This document shows positions 11,771-25,545 of a DNA stretch of 64,000 nt, one piece after another. Every line of letters starts with the position of its first letter. Position 1 is the first letter of the stretch. The stretch is from Octopus vulgaris (taxonomy: Eukaryota), in contig OX597824.1 of NCBI GenBank assembly GCA_951406725.2, positions 87,048,001 to 87,112,000 on the forward strand, read 5' to 3'. Under the pieces are notes generated by a model. It had not been told where the DNA came from and did not search any database. It saw only the letters and a program-made list of their open reading frames with translations. Position numbers and translations under genes: made by a program.

Positions 11771-12804
11771 GTAATATAATTATAATTAATGACAAATAAT
11801 ACAAATTTAAATTTAAAATAATACAATTTATGAAGAATCCTCCATAAGCTGGTCTAGTTGACTATTTGTACTCAATCCACCCGACATTATCCAAAGACCC
11901 TGTAATTTTCATCACTGGTTCTAATAAGCCTACTTTTCTATCTTTTACTTGCTTCAGTTACTGGACTGTGGACAGAATTTGAAAACAATATATGTACAAT
12001 GGGCCTCTGCAAAATCTCTACCTGCCAAATTCACTCACAAAGGATTGGTTGGCCTGGGCCTACAGTATAAAAACACTTGTTTAAGATACCACATAGTGGG
12101 AGTGAACTCAAAACCACATGGTTGCAAAGCATGCCTCTTAACCACACAGCCATACCTGCAATAACTAAAAGTGGTTGTTTTTCACTAAGAAAAGTTGGGC
12201 TGAGTTTAAATCTTTTTTAACAAGTGAATTTGGAACAAGAAATTAAAACAGTGTGAAAGGAAACTGCATCTCGAAGAGGGTGACAAGAATCTGACAAAAA
12301 AAAAAAAGAAAGCAGACTCTAAGAAGCAGCAATGTTGGACAGGAAGAGAAAAATAATGGGAAACAAGAATAAATTTAATGATGCAGCTAAGAAGTACAGG
12401 AAGTTCTACATTATTACTACTGATTGCCAAACACATGTTTTCTAAAGGAATGCCTCCAAAATAATATTAAACAAGGAAGAAAGCTTTGTAATATTTACAA
12501 TCAACGTGGCAGTGAGTTGGCAAAAATAACGGAACATAAGACTATATATAGATATTGAATCACAACAAATGGAGGCTAAGTTGCTATATATAAAGCTGTA
12601 AAGAATTTATGAACTAAGCTGTTTTGGATCATCTTCAAGAACTAAGAGCAAAGACAAAGTCTTGAACTAGCATGTTGGTCACTTTGTATAAAAATCCTTT
12701 CTTATATCTCGTCTGTAGACTTGTCTGTAAGTCATTAGCAGAAGTGACTCTTTGGCATTTAACCGTTTCATCACTGTATTTATTTTGAGGTGTTCTGTGT
12801 TTCT

Positions 12805-13184
12805 TTGGCACGTAAAAAGCAACATTCGAGTGTGATCATTACCAGCGTTACCTTACTGGCACTTGTGCCGGTGGCACGTGAAAAAACATTCGAGCGAGGA
12901 CATTCCCAGTGCTGCTGGATTGGCTCCTGTGCAGGTGGCACGTAAAAAACACCATTTGAGCAAGGCCGTTGCCAGTACCGCCTGACTAGCCCTCGTGCCA
13001 GTGACACATAAAAGCACCCACTACACTCTTGGTGTTAGGAAGGGCATCCAGCTGTAGAAACTCTGCCAGATCAAGATTGGAGCCTGGTGCAGCCATCTGG
13101 TTTGCCAACCCTCAGTCAAAATCGTCCAACCCATGCTAGCATGGAAAGTGGACGTTAAACAATGATGATGATGATGATGATGAT
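12805..13184 (+). mobile_element. RTE LINE 3' UTR (family C) with (GAT)n tail
   Basis: GTGGCACGTAAAAA subrepeats, GTTAGGAAGGGCATCCAGCTG, ending in ATGATGATG. Confidence 0.8.
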
Positions 13185-13690
13185 AACAAAGAATTTAGTA
13201 AAATAACATAGTTATCATTAAGCTAGTGTTTGGAACATAAATTGTGACTAAGGTTTGGCGGAAGATTTTAATTCAAAACTTATGAAAACAAGACATTTGT
13301 ACTACAAAGCCAGATTCAGCCATTTGAGATGCTCTGTGTTTCTTTCAATTACTATAAATATAACAAAGAATTTAGTAAAATAACTTAGTTATCATTAAAC
13401 TAGTGTTAGGAACATAAATTGTGACTAAGGTTTGATGGAGGATTTTAATTCAAAACTTATGAAAACAAGACATTTGTACTACATAGCCAGAGCCGGTTTC
13501 AGCTGGGTTGGTATCGAAAGAGTTAAAGAGGCCAGATCTGGTCTCTCACACTTAGCCTGTAATATCGTTCTAAAAACAAACAACCACATCACTGAAGTCT
13601 CAAAGCTATGAGATAATGCATGACTAATTCAAAACAAGGTGAATAAATAAGAATCATATTTGTCAGAGTAATCTGAATGCTAAAGGGTTA
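13184..13690. mobile_element. Cluster of piggyBac-type MITE fragments (two P1, one P2)
   Basis: Two P1 internal segments, then a P2 segment ending GAATGCTAAAGGGTTAA. Confidence 0.7.
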
Positions 13691-15094
13691 AAGTCTCATA
13701 ACTAAAAGGAAAAAAAAAAATGCTGTTAGCCCTTTTCATGTTGAAATCAACAGGAGACTCCAACATGTTGTTGAGGTCAATGAAATAAGTACCAGTTAAG
13801 TACTAGGGCTGATGTAATCAACTAGTTCCCTCTCCAAATGTTTCAGGCTTTGTGGTTATAACAAAAAGAAAGAAATTATTATTATTGTTATTATTATCAT
13901 TATTATTATTATTGTTATTATTATTATCATCATTATTGTTATTGTTATTATTATTGTTATCGTTATTATTATTATTATTATTATTCAATTATCCAGTAGA
14001 AGGCAGTGAGCTGGTAGAACTATCACCATGCCGGGCAAAATGCTTAACACCATTTCGTCCAACTGTATGAGCTAAGTTCAAATTCTACCAAGGTGGACTT
14101 TGCCTTTCATCCTTTCAGGATTGATAAAATAAGAGTCGATGTACTTGACTAATCCCCCTCTTCCCCACAAACTTCAGGCCTTGTGCCTATAGCACAAAGG
14201 ATCATCAACATCATCATCATCATCATCATTATTAAGGTGGCTAAATCGTTAAATGCTTAGTGGCGTTTTGTCTGTCTTTATGTTCTGAGTTCAAATTCTG
14301 CCGAGGTCGACTTTGCCTTTCGTCCTTTCGGGGTCGATAAATTAAGTACCAGTGAAACACTGAGGGTGTTGCAGGGTCAATCTAATTGACTAGTCCCCTC
14401 TCCCATAATTTCAGGCCTTGTGCCTTTCATAAAAAGGATCATTCGAATGCTCATATATCGTCTTTGACGGGAGAGTCCATTATCATTATTATTATTATAA
14501 TATCATTTAGCATTCACCTTCCATGCTTGCTCGGAGATGTGTGCAAGTGTGTCTGTGTGTGTATGTGTGTGTATGCGTGCATACGTGCATGTTTGTGTTT
14601 GCTTCCAGTACTTCGGTTCGGCCCTCAATCCAATGCTCTGATTCCAAATCCCAGCAGGATTCACTTCGTATCTCTCATGGTTTGCACGAAATAACAAATT
14701 CTTGTACAAACAGTAAATATTGTGGAAGTTAATTCAATTGATTACTTTATACTTCTTACTTGAACGAAATTTGCTTTGAGCTTAATTCAATAACCGAAGT
14801 TTTGTAGTCAATGTTGGTAAGCGGCAGAAACCAGAAAGTTAGTTCTGACGTCTGATTGCATTACAAAATTGTTGCTAATGCCCCAGGGTAAAGGTACGAC
14901 TACTGCAGCTTTTCATTACTCACCTATTTTTGTAATATAAGAACTTTGTGATTAAACAATAGAAACCAATATTTATAATTTATAATATTATAGAGCTAAT
15001 GTGGTAGCCATGGCAATTATTTTCTTAGCAATTTCAACAGTCTTTTCAGTGAAATCTGTATGTTAGTGGATCATCACCGAAGCAAGCAGAGAAC

Positions 15095-15435
15095 TTTAGA
15101 ATATTTTGGGGTCACATTCATGAGTGATGGGAAGCAGGAAGTTGAATTCGATGCTGGAATTGTATGTGTTTGGCACAGTAATGCACCATCTCCAGCATTC
15201 GATGCTCAGAAGAGAAGAAGTTGGTATGAAAAGCCAAACTTGCAATGTTCCATCTAGTTTTCAATTCTATCTTCACCTATGGTCAATAATGTTGGGTAAT
15301 GATTGAAAGAATACGATCATGAGTACAAGCAGCCAGAATGGGGTTCCTCTGAAGGATCTCTGGACTAATGTTACTCAACAGGGTGCACAGCTCAGCTCGG
15401 AGATCAGAGAATCTTTCCAGGTTAAGTTCTTATTT
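15095..15435 (+). pseudogene. Decayed RTE-clade reverse-transcriptase fragment
   Basis: EYFGVTFMSDGKQEVEFD...FTYGQ*CWVMIERIRS*VQAARMGFL*RISGLMLLNRVHSS resembles the RTE post-RT region; contains stops and frameshifts. Confidence 0.75.
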
Positions 15436-15454
15436 CTCTACAGTGATTTTCTTA

Positions 15455-16012
15455 GAGGGGGGGTATAGTAGATTACAACAACGCCAGTGTTCAACTGGTA
15501 CTTATTCTATTGATCTTGAAAGGATGAAAGGCAAAGTCAACCTTGGCAGAATTTGAACTCAGAACATAAAGACAGACGAAATACTGCTAAGCATTTCACT
15601 CAGCGTGCTAACGTTTCTACAAGCTTGCTGCCTACAGACCTGAAATTTAGGGGAGGGGTATAGTCGATTACATCAACCCCAGTGTTCCACTGGTGCTTAT
15701 TTTATTGACCCTGAAAGGATGAAAAGCAAAGTCGACCTTGGTGGAATTTGAACTCAGAACATAAAGACAGATGAAATACCTATTTCCTTACTACCCACAA
15801 GGGGCTAAACACAGAGAGGACAAACAAGGACAGACAAACGGATTAAGTCGATTATATCAACCCCAGTGCGTAACAGGTACTTAATTTATTGACCCCGAAA
15901 GGATGAAAGGCAAAGCTGACCTTGGCGAAATTTGAACTCAGAACGCAGCGGCAGACGAAATACTGCTAAGCATTTCGCCCGGCGTGCTAACATTTCTGCC
16001 ACCTCGCTGCTT
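15455..16012 (-). mobile_element. Three adjacent SINE-B units
   Basis: Three repeats of GAAAGGATGAAA(G)GCAAAG..GAATTTGAACTCAGAAC. Confidence 0.85.
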
Positions 16013-16685
16013 TACACTGTGTGATATTCATTCTTTCCAATACTGGTTGATAAGTCTATCACTTGCACTGCCTTAAGAAGATAAAGCAGATAAAATTGAT
16101 TAAATTGGTCTTAGATTATTACTAGTCCTTATTTCGCTAGCTTCATAAGAATTAAAAGCAAAGTTCATCCCAGTGGAATTTGAACTTGTTAATTAATGAA
16201 ATGAAACTAGTTCACGTAAAGCCTCTACTCAGGTGATTATATCACCTTCACCAATACCATAAAACCACATAGCAGAGAGCTTTTATGCAGTTGTTCAACA
16301 TGCTAGAAATAGCAGTTAAATCTCATTCAAGTTGCAGCCAGCCATTAAAGAGAGAAAAAAAGGAAAAAGACATACTAGACAGTGCAATCCTAGAGACTCC
16401 AAAATATATGGGATGGTCATCAAAGTGACACCCTTAGTGGCTGATGATATGTGCATCTCTGATCACAAGCAGAAGAAGTGGGGGAGCATCATAGCCATGT
16501 GTTGAGAGGAATTCTTTGGGGTTTGAATAATATGAAATTACCATGTCATGCACATATAGTTGTGATGCATGAGCTTAGTGTACCCTTATCAGACGAGTAG
16601 TCATGATGGGTATACTGGGCTTCGTATATTTTACCCCAGTGTCACTTTGATGGCATGTACTGCTCTCTCACTCAATAATAATAAT

Positions 16686-17090
16686 TTTTTCTTTATTGTC
16701 CACAAGGGCTGCAAAAACATATAGGACAAAAAACAAAGACAAAAAACTGGGGATTTACACAGAAATGTGTAAAAAAATAAAACAACAATCTGTAAAAAAT
16801 ATTAACAAAGTACCTAATAGGAAGTAAAAAAAACACCCCAGGAGCAACCAAGGAACCTCAAAGCTCCAGAGGCAGTCACCCAACTCATTGGGAGCATCAT
16901 GGCAAGTGTACCTCAGCCTGGGTGCCAGCGTAGAGGAGGACCACTCACTTGGGCCACCCTCTCCAAATTCACTCGCGTTCCCAACAAATTTACTGGAGGT
17001 AAGGGTAGGGTGGAGGAGCACATCCCTTTCAAACCTCACCTTCCATTTAAAACAGAATTTTTAAAAAAGTCATGAGGACTTGGCTGAAGA
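16686..17090 (-). mobile_element. Probable L1/Tx1-type LINE 3' end, decayed
   Basis: Minus strand reads KVRFERDVL..SKFVG, then a T-rich 3' UTR ending CCCTTGTGGACAATAAAGAAAAA. Clade assignment is tentative. Confidence 0.45.
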
Positions 17091-17715
17091 GGGACTTATG
17101 ATGATGATGATGATGATGATGATGATGGTGGTGGTGAGAATGGAAGAAGAAGACTTAAATTGACCCTTGTATTCAACTGCTAATCATTTTATCAACTACA
17201 AAAGGATAAAGGGCAAAGTTGACCTTGGTGAGATTAGAATTCAGATTAATAAAGTAATCCTTTCTACTACAGGCAGAAGGCCTGAAATTTTTGAGGGGGG
17301 GAGAGGCTAATTGATTACATTGACACCTAGTACATGTCTGGGACTTATTGACTTCCGAAAGGTTGAAAGGCAAAATCAACCTCAGCAGCAATGGGGTTCC
17401 CTGATTATCCCTAGAGGTCATCCTGTATTAGGAGGGCTACATCTCTACCATCCCCCTCAACCCTGCTTTTTTTTAAACCTTTGTATATACTATTTTGTTT
17501 TATTATTTAAATTATTTTATCATTTCATTTTATGTAACCCCTCCCCCGCACTCTATGTCTGTCTTTATATTGTCCCCCTCAAATTCCACCCTGGTGGTAG
17601 ACTGTACCTTTCATCCTTTTGGGGTCAATGAAACAAGTACCAGTTGTGTACTGGGATTGATATAATTGACTTGCCCTTCCCCCCAAATTTCAGGCCTTGT
17701 GCCTTTAGTAGAAAG

Positions 17716-17754
<39 letters not shown>

Positions 17755-18698
17755 TATTATTATTATCATCATCAATATTCCATCTGTTGCTACGTTCTGA
17801 GTTCAAATTTTGCTAAGGTCGACTTTGCTTTTCATCCTTTTAGGGTTGATAAATTAAGTACCAGTGAAACACCGGGGGTCGAATATAATCAACTCATTCC
17901 CTCCCCACAAATTGCTGCCCTTGTGGCAAAATTTGAAACCATTATTATTACTATTATTTTTATTATTATAATTATTATTATTATTTTTTCCTTCTTTCTT
18001 CAAATTTTCTTCCGTTTCTCGACGAGTGTTTTCCATAAACCTAGGGCAGGGAAGGGCATTGTATGCAATCCCAGATTACACGCGCAAATTCACAGATAAA
18101 ATATGTATTTAAAAATTAATAAATAAATTAATTCATGGATGGATGTTATTTTCACAGCGATAGTGCTCTTCTCAGTACATGAGCAGTTCTTATAATTATT
18201 ATTATCATTATTATTTTCATTATTATATGTTTAGTTTTTGCTTTCACCCAGAGACCTCAAGAAATACCAAGTTCAAATCGGTATTATGACCAGGATGCCA
18301 TATTTTTGGTTTTGCACAGAGTATTGTTCTAGGGAATGCCTGTCAAATCATTTGGAAAATTTTATTATTATTTTTATTATTATCATCATTCTTTCTGCTA
18401 TAAGCAGAAGGCCTGCAATTTGGATGTGGGGTTAGCTGAAAGAATAAAAAGTAAAGTTGAACTTGGCCACCTTTTTTATGCAGAATGTGAAACCAGAAGC
18501 AATGCTGCTAAGCACCTTGTCCGACATGCTAACGATTCTGCCAGCTCTCCATAATAATATCCTGATATGCGATGCTATGACATCATCATTATAACGATGA
18601 TGGAGTTTTTCATTTTAACCAGAAAGCAATAAGTGATATATAGTGATATATATTTGGCAGTGTTAGAAAGAGATAGATGGATGGATGGATGGATGAAG

Positions 18699-18738
<40 letters not shown>

Positions 18739-20184
18739 AGGGAGGCTGTAAACTGTAGAAGATTATGGCACCAGGTAACAAAGTAGACATCAGTAGGTAG
18801 ATATACACTCCTTCTCTTAACAGATGAGAGCTTCACGTCTGGGAATCTTAACCTCACTCACAAAACTATACACACATGTAAACCATACATACATACATAT
18901 ATACACAAATAGATGTATAGATGTATGTATATATGTGTGTGTGTGTGTATCCTCACACCCACATATTACTTTCAATGTTTTTCTGTGCTGACAGCTGAAG
19001 AGGTAGAAACGCAGAAATACCAAAGTATATTGTGAAGCCAACAAGGAACTGGAACATAATTAGGCAACGAGTCAACCTCTCAAAATAGCAGGCGCTACAG
19101 ACTTAAACCAAACACATTCTAATCTGATGCGATCAGAAGTGCCTCGTTGGTATAACGGTAATATACGATAATAAAATAGATAAATATTACATATATATAT
19201 TGTTGAAGAAGAACAATGGATGGAATTTAGGAAAAGAAAAAAAAAAACACAGGAGAAAAACAAAATATTCTTTTGCGTTAAAAATATTATACATACATAC
19301 TGACACGCATATATGTATTCGCATACACACTTTTATTTTTTACCTGTTTCAGTCATTTGACTGTGGCCATGCTGGAACACTGCCGTTTAGTCGAGCAAAT
19401 TGACCTCAGGACTTATTCATTGTAAGCCTAGTACTTATTCTATCGGTCTCTTTTGCCGAACCACTAAGTTATGGGGACGTAAACACACCAGCATCAGTTA
19501 TCAAGTGATGTTGGGGGGACAAACAGGGGGTTTTCATTCAGTTAACTACTACTACTACTTCTTTCTTCGTTGCTAATTTGAGGCCTTGTGTTAATGAATA
19601 TAAGAAATCACATTTACAAAAAAAAAAAGAAAGAAAGAAAAAAAAAAAGAAAGAAAAGAATGGTTGTATTTGAAATGGCAGCAAAATGTTCTAAGATGTA
19701 AAAATTGCTTGATGGTCAGGCTCCAGTGCATAGCTATAGCCATGACAAGTAGAACAAACTAGAATAATTAATAATGGCTTCAAATTTTGGCACAAGGCCA
19801 GCAAGTTTGTGGAGAGGAGATAAGTTGATTACATCAGCCCTGAAAAACGAACAATAAAGCTGACCTCAGTGGAATTTGAACTCAGAACGTAACAGCAGAT
19901 GAAAAGCTGCTAAGCATTTCGCCCAGCGTGCTAACAATTCAGCCAGCTCACCACCTTAGAGACAATAACAACAACAACAATAATATTTTCTATTAGAACA
20001 AGGCTAGAAATTTTGGAGGAAATAGATTAATCATTATAGTGACCCAAGAGTATAACTGGTACTTATTTTATTGACTTCTGAAAGGAAGCAAGTCAACCTT
20101 GGTAGAAATTTAGGCTCGGAATGCTAAGAGCTGGAAGAAATGCTACAAAACATTTTGTCTGGGCACAGTAACGATTCTACCAGC

Positions 20185-20219
<35 letters not shown>

Positions 20220-21133
20220 TAAAAAGAAGAAATGAATAAATTTAAACTGTGGAATTATCATTTTTCATCTAAAGCTCTAACTTTGCCACACACAAACGTT
20301 TCTGCCACGGCTTATCATTTTTCGATCTGAGACAATGTTTATAGAAAGAAACAAAGTCACAATTTCGTAGAAGCTGGAATTGAAAATAACTGAACATATG
20401 GAAAAATTACAAAGAATTATTTATGTCTTATAGGTTAGCGACAGAGAGAGAGAGTGAGAGAGAGAGAGAAAGAGAAAGGAGGAGGAAGGGGAGGCATTGG
20501 TGAAAGTAAGAGCAAACAAGCAATTCTGAGAGAAAAATATAGGTAAAAGTTTTGTGAAAAGTGTAGGCAGTTTATGGTAGGTGTGGTGAGGCGAGGAAGG
20601 AAGGGAAGGGAGAATGAGGAAATCTGATCAAAGGTGTGTGAGCTGTTTTCTAGTGACTATAAGCAGAAACTGAAATGAAATATCAAGGAAGTCGAAAGAA
20701 GAAAAGAGAAGCTGCTTTATAGCTAGGCTTTTTTTTTATATATACTTTCTTTCCCACCCCCATCAATTCAAAGCAGGATTGTTTGATAAAGAGTGTAAAA
20801 GTCTGAGGATAAACCCTTTATTCACAGTGCCACACAAACTAAGGCAGGGAGCTGGCAGAAGGATTAGCACGGTGGGCAAAATGCTTGGTGGCTTTTCATC
20901 CGTCCTTATGCTCCGAGTTCAAATTCCACCAAGGTTGACTCTGTCTTCTATCCTTTCGGGGGTCGATAAAATACGTACCAGTTGTGCACTGGGGTCGATG
21001 TAAGTCGACTTACACCCTCCCCCCGAACATACTGGCATTGTGCCAAAATTTGGAACCAGCATTACCACACAAACTCAAATTCTTAAAGATAATATCTGAC
21101 CATATTACTTTATTACTGTTTTAATTGTGGAGG

Positions 21134-21335
21134 AGGCACATGGCTTAGTTGTTAGGGGTGGTGAATTCATGATCATAATATTGTGGTTTCAATTCCTATC
21201 AGTGATGTATTGTGTGCTTGAACAAAACACTTCATTTCAAATTACTCCAGTCCACTGAGTTGGTAAAAATGAGTAATCCTGCAATGGACTAGCGCCCCAT
21301 CCATGGGAAAAATATATGTACCAAGGAAACTAGAA
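21134..21335 (+). mobile_element. SINE family D
   Basis: GGAGGCACATGGCTTAG head and CTTGAACAAAACACTTCATTTC core. Confidence 0.65.
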
Positions 21336-21336
21336 T

Positions 21337-21572
21337 AAGGTGGCGAGCTGGCAGAAACGTTAGTGCACCGGGCGAAATGCTTAGCAGTATTTCGTCTGTG
21401 GTTATGTTCTGAGTTCAAATTCCGCCGAAGTCGACTTTGCCTTTCATCCTTTTAGGGTCGATAAATTAAGTACCAGTTACGCACTAGGGGTCGATCTAAT
21501 CAACTCAATCCCTTTGTCTGTCCTTGTTTGTCCCCTCTATGTTTAGCCCTTTGTGGGCAATAAAGAAATAGG
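21337..21572 (+). mobile_element. SINE family B, full-length
   Basis: AAGGTGGCGAGCTGGCAGAAACG...TGTGGGCAATAAAGAAATAG. Confidence 0.9.
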
Positions 21573-21589
21573 AAACTGGGATAGAGACC

Positions 21590-21947
21590 CAGTGTTTCTG
21601 AACATTTTTACCCTTGCATAACCCTTAAAATAAATTACATGTTTCAAGAAACTCCTGCACATAAAAATTATATACCATACCTTTCTCATATTTTTGCATC
21701 ATAGTTTACGTAGTAAATACCATATATATATATATCTAATAGTTGTTATATTTTTTGATAACATAATAGGTTAGATAGGATGAGGTCTATATTACAATAT
21801 TACAATAAACCAATAATATGTTGTGCATGTATAGTAATATTACGATCATGAAATTAGAGTTAGCTTGTCTCGTTCTTTCTCACGGAACCCCTAGAAACCT
21901 TTTGCAGAACCCTAGGGTCCCGGGGAAATCCCGGTTGAGAAACGCTG
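21590..21947. mobile_element. hAT-like MITE
   Basis: Terminal inverted repeats CAGTGTTTCTGAAC / GTTGAGAAACGCTG; no clear TSD. Confidence 0.55.
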
Positions 21948-22162
21948 GTCTATATGATTTGGGAAGGATCTCTACACTATTTTATGGAACTTTGGTTCTG
22001 GTTTCTTACTCATTATCCATTCATACAACAAAATATATTGCAGTTAATATATTTCTAGCAAGGTATATATATATATATAGTTTTTGCGTAGGGATAGGTA
22101 TATATCGATAGACCGTTAGCTCCTACACGCATTTTTTTCTCTCTTTGTTTCTTTTCTGTGTA

Positions 22163-22200
22163 TCTTTCTGTCGAAGAGCGTAGTCTTGAAACGTAAAAGA
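22163..22200 (+). ncRNA. Minimal hammerhead-like motif, second family (variant core CTGTCGA)
   Basis: TCTTT-CTGTCGA-A-GAGC(GTAG)TCTT-GAAA-C-GTA-AAAGA: perfect 5-bp stem I, palindromic ACGT stem III, GUA triplet. Confidence 0.45.
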
Positions 22201-22914
22201 CTTTTTCTATTTCTATTCCTGAGCGCCATACTAATACATTTGTTTGTTTGTACTCCACCTGCATCCGTCTTTTGTTTATTTTCGTAAACCTTCCCGATAG
22301 GTATATATATATATATAGTTTTTATGTAGGGATAGGCATATATATATTTTGCGTAGGGAGATATATATATATATATATGTATGAAAAAAAAAACACCTGG
22401 CCTACAGTTGCAACATCTGACTCAAACAAAACTTCTGCTCCTGGCCCACCTACTATATTTGTAGGTGGCCCAGGACAGCTCTTCTGTAATGGTGGAAAGA
22501 GATAAAACACCAACAGTGCTGCTTCGCTGCCTGATGAAACACTGACTCCTGTATTCGGAGCTGGAGTATGGCACCACCCTCAGCCCTCAAGTGTTTACTC
22601 TAAATGTATATAAAACATCTTTTGCCAATAATCCAATAAGGATCTGTTCATATAGCTTTAGAAACAAGGTTATCTCTTTAATGGTACCTGACATTTTTAT
22701 GCAAATCAAAACAAAATGGCTGAGTGGATATGGTGTGGCATTGAACTCGAGGTTTTGAGATCAAATACACTTCAGGCAAGTGTTTTATTGCCAACATGGA
22801 CAATACACTAAACCCAACAAACTGTCAGAAGTAAGTCCCTGATCCTCTGGAATTGTCACCCAAGATGGACTGGCATACTCTATAGGAGTATATCGTGTTT
22901 TCTATATTTTATCT

Positions 22915-23258
22915 TGCCAGCATCGCCTTACTGGCACATGTGCCGGTGGCACGTGAAAAACAACATTTGAGTGTGGTCATTGTCAGTGCTGCCGGACTGG
23001 CTCCCGTGCAGGTAGCATGTACAAAACACCTTTTGAGCGTGCTCATTGCCAGAACTGCCTGACTGGCCCTCATGCTGGTGGCACATAAAAGCACCCACTA
23101 CACTCTTGGAGTGGTTGGCGTTAGGAAGGGCATCCAGCTGTAGAAACTTTGCCAGATCAGATTGGACCTGGTACAGCCTTCTGGCTTGCCAGTCTTCAAT
23201 CAAACCATCCAACCCATGCCAGCATGGAAAGCAGACGTTAAACAATGACGACGATGAT
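22915..23258 (+). mobile_element. RTE LINE 3' UTR (family C)
   Basis: Same motifs and tail as 12805-13184. Confidence 0.8.
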
Positions 23259-23880
23259 CTTGTTTAATATGAGAAGCCAGACTCTAGTACCGGTTCTTAG
23301 CTCTCAAGTGGCTTAAGCAGTATTTACATTCTTAAAATACATTTTATGCAAAAGTACAGAAAATAATTTGTTGGTTCTAAGCACAGGTAAGATAATAGGT
23401 GTTACACAAGAATAGCCAGGATGTAGTAGAATTGCTGTTTGATATACAGAAGTGAACTGACTTTCAACTTCAATTAATAACAGAGTTTTATTTCCTCTAT
23501 TTTTCTCTCTTATAATTGCATCATTCGACTCCTACCTATAAACTTCAGAGACATGTTGGAGAATAATAACTGGTTTCAAATTTTGGCAGAAAGCCAGGAA
23601 TTTTAGGAGGCGTAGGATCAGTTGTTTCATTGGCTCCGGTACTTGACTGTGAGGCTGAAAAGCAAAGTTGACCTTGTCGGGATTTAGAGTTCAGGATGTG
23701 AAATGATGGAAGAAATATAGTTAAGCATTTTGTCCAATGTGCAAACGATTCTGCCAGCTTGCTACTTTACATTGGCAAATGTGTTTGAGCAGAATACTCT
23801 ACCTGTGTATTTTCTTGGAATTAGTAATGTAAAATAGCTTCTAGAAATTAGTGTATTTTTATAAGAATGGATAAAATTTA

Positions 23881-23920
<40 letters not shown>

Positions 23921-24350
23921 AAATAAGTGTTTCTGATATTAATAAAATAAACCGTTCAAGACAAAAATGGCTAGCTATGAAACAATTTTTTTTCGATAGA
24001 CAGACCTGAAGCAGATTTGGAGTAGAGAAGGCATTTTGTTGATGAGGTCACAAATGGCAATGAAAGGACTTTGATAAACCTAGTTGATTGACTGATCAAA
24101 CAATTAATCAATCAATTAGTTAATTGGTCAAATGGTTAACCAACTGACAAATGATAAAGAAGTGAAAGAAAACCAGTGCATGTGTTTATTATTTATTATT
24201 GGTGTAACGATCCTACCAAGATACAACAAAATCTGTTTCCGTATAGAAGTTCACTTCAAATCTTACAAACCAAATGGAAAAGTGAAAATATTTTTGTCAC
24301 TATAAAGAATAAAGAAAACTATGGCACCAGTTACTTTCTGTTGCAAAAAC

Positions 24351-24505
<155 letters not shown>

Positions 24506-25050
24506 TAGGTTGTAAATTGTAGAAAATTATGGCACCAAGTAACAAAGTAGACATCAGTAGGTAGATATACACTCCTTCTCTTAACAGATGAGAGCCTCAT
24601 ATCTGGGAACCTTATTAGGAACAGGCTCAACAGATTTAGGAGAAGGTGGGGGCTAGTCACGTAAATCAAGAAGCTCCCTGTCCTCTTTATTTTATCAACC
24701 AGAGAGAGATGAAAGGCAGATCTGAGTTCAGAATGTAAAACGGGACAAAATACCACAAGGCATTCTTTCTGATGCTCTAACAACTCTGCCAGATTGCAAC
24801 TTTTCTAATAATAATAATTCCTTCTAATTTTGGTACATCCAGCAATTTTGAAGGAGAGAAGAGGGGTCAACAGAATTATTATAGATCCCACTACCTGACT
24901 GGTACTTTATTTTAGTGACCCTGAAAGATAGATAAAGTTGATCAGGGCATAATTCGAGCACAGAACACAAAAGCCAGAAGAAATACCACTAAACATGCTA
25001 ACAATTCTGCCAGCTTACCACTTTACAATAATAATAATAATAATAATAAT

Positions 25051-25545
25051 AGAAACTTCAGACAAAAATCATGCCTCCTCATTGATATGACTGTCGCAAT
25101 CTATATAAATGTATCTGTCAAGACCTACCAAAAACTGAGCAAATATAAAGATCTTGAAATAGAAATTAGCAAAATGTGGAACCTGAAGACTAAAACAATA
25201 CCTGTTGTCATAGGTGCCCTGGGAATGATAGCAAAAGGGGCTGATTACTACCTAGCTCAGATACTAGGAAACCCCAAAATGGCAGAAATTCAAAAGATAG
25301 TACTCATGGGAACTGCCCATATCCTACGCAAAATACTTTAAAACAAACATAATTTTCTTATGGTTTTCTTATGGTTTTTTGTTCTCTAGAACAACACTAT
25401 GTACAAAACCAAATATATGGCACCCTAGGCATAACACTAACATGAACTTCCAACTTGTTGTCTCTTGAGGTCTCTGGGTGAGACTTGGAGCCAACTTGTA
25501 CAAATGTAAAGCAAAAGTCAAACAGAATAATAATAATAATAATAA
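25051..25545 (+). mobile_element. R4/Dong-like non-LTR element 3' end (restriction-like endonuclease C-terminus plus 3' UTR)
   Basis: CLLIDMTV...KLSKYKDLEIEISKMWNLKTKTIPVVIGALG...IQKIVLMGTAHILRKIL, with (TAA)n on both sides. Confidence 0.8.

Noticed and set aside
14915-15065. Strong minus-strand donor AG|GTGAGT at about 14924
   Set aside because: Upstream sequence has early stops and no convincing acceptor; it cannot be supported as a coding exon.
16436-16470. CTGATGA occurrence (also at about 22532 and 6751)
   Set aside because: Not followed by a stem II, GAAA and matching stem I.
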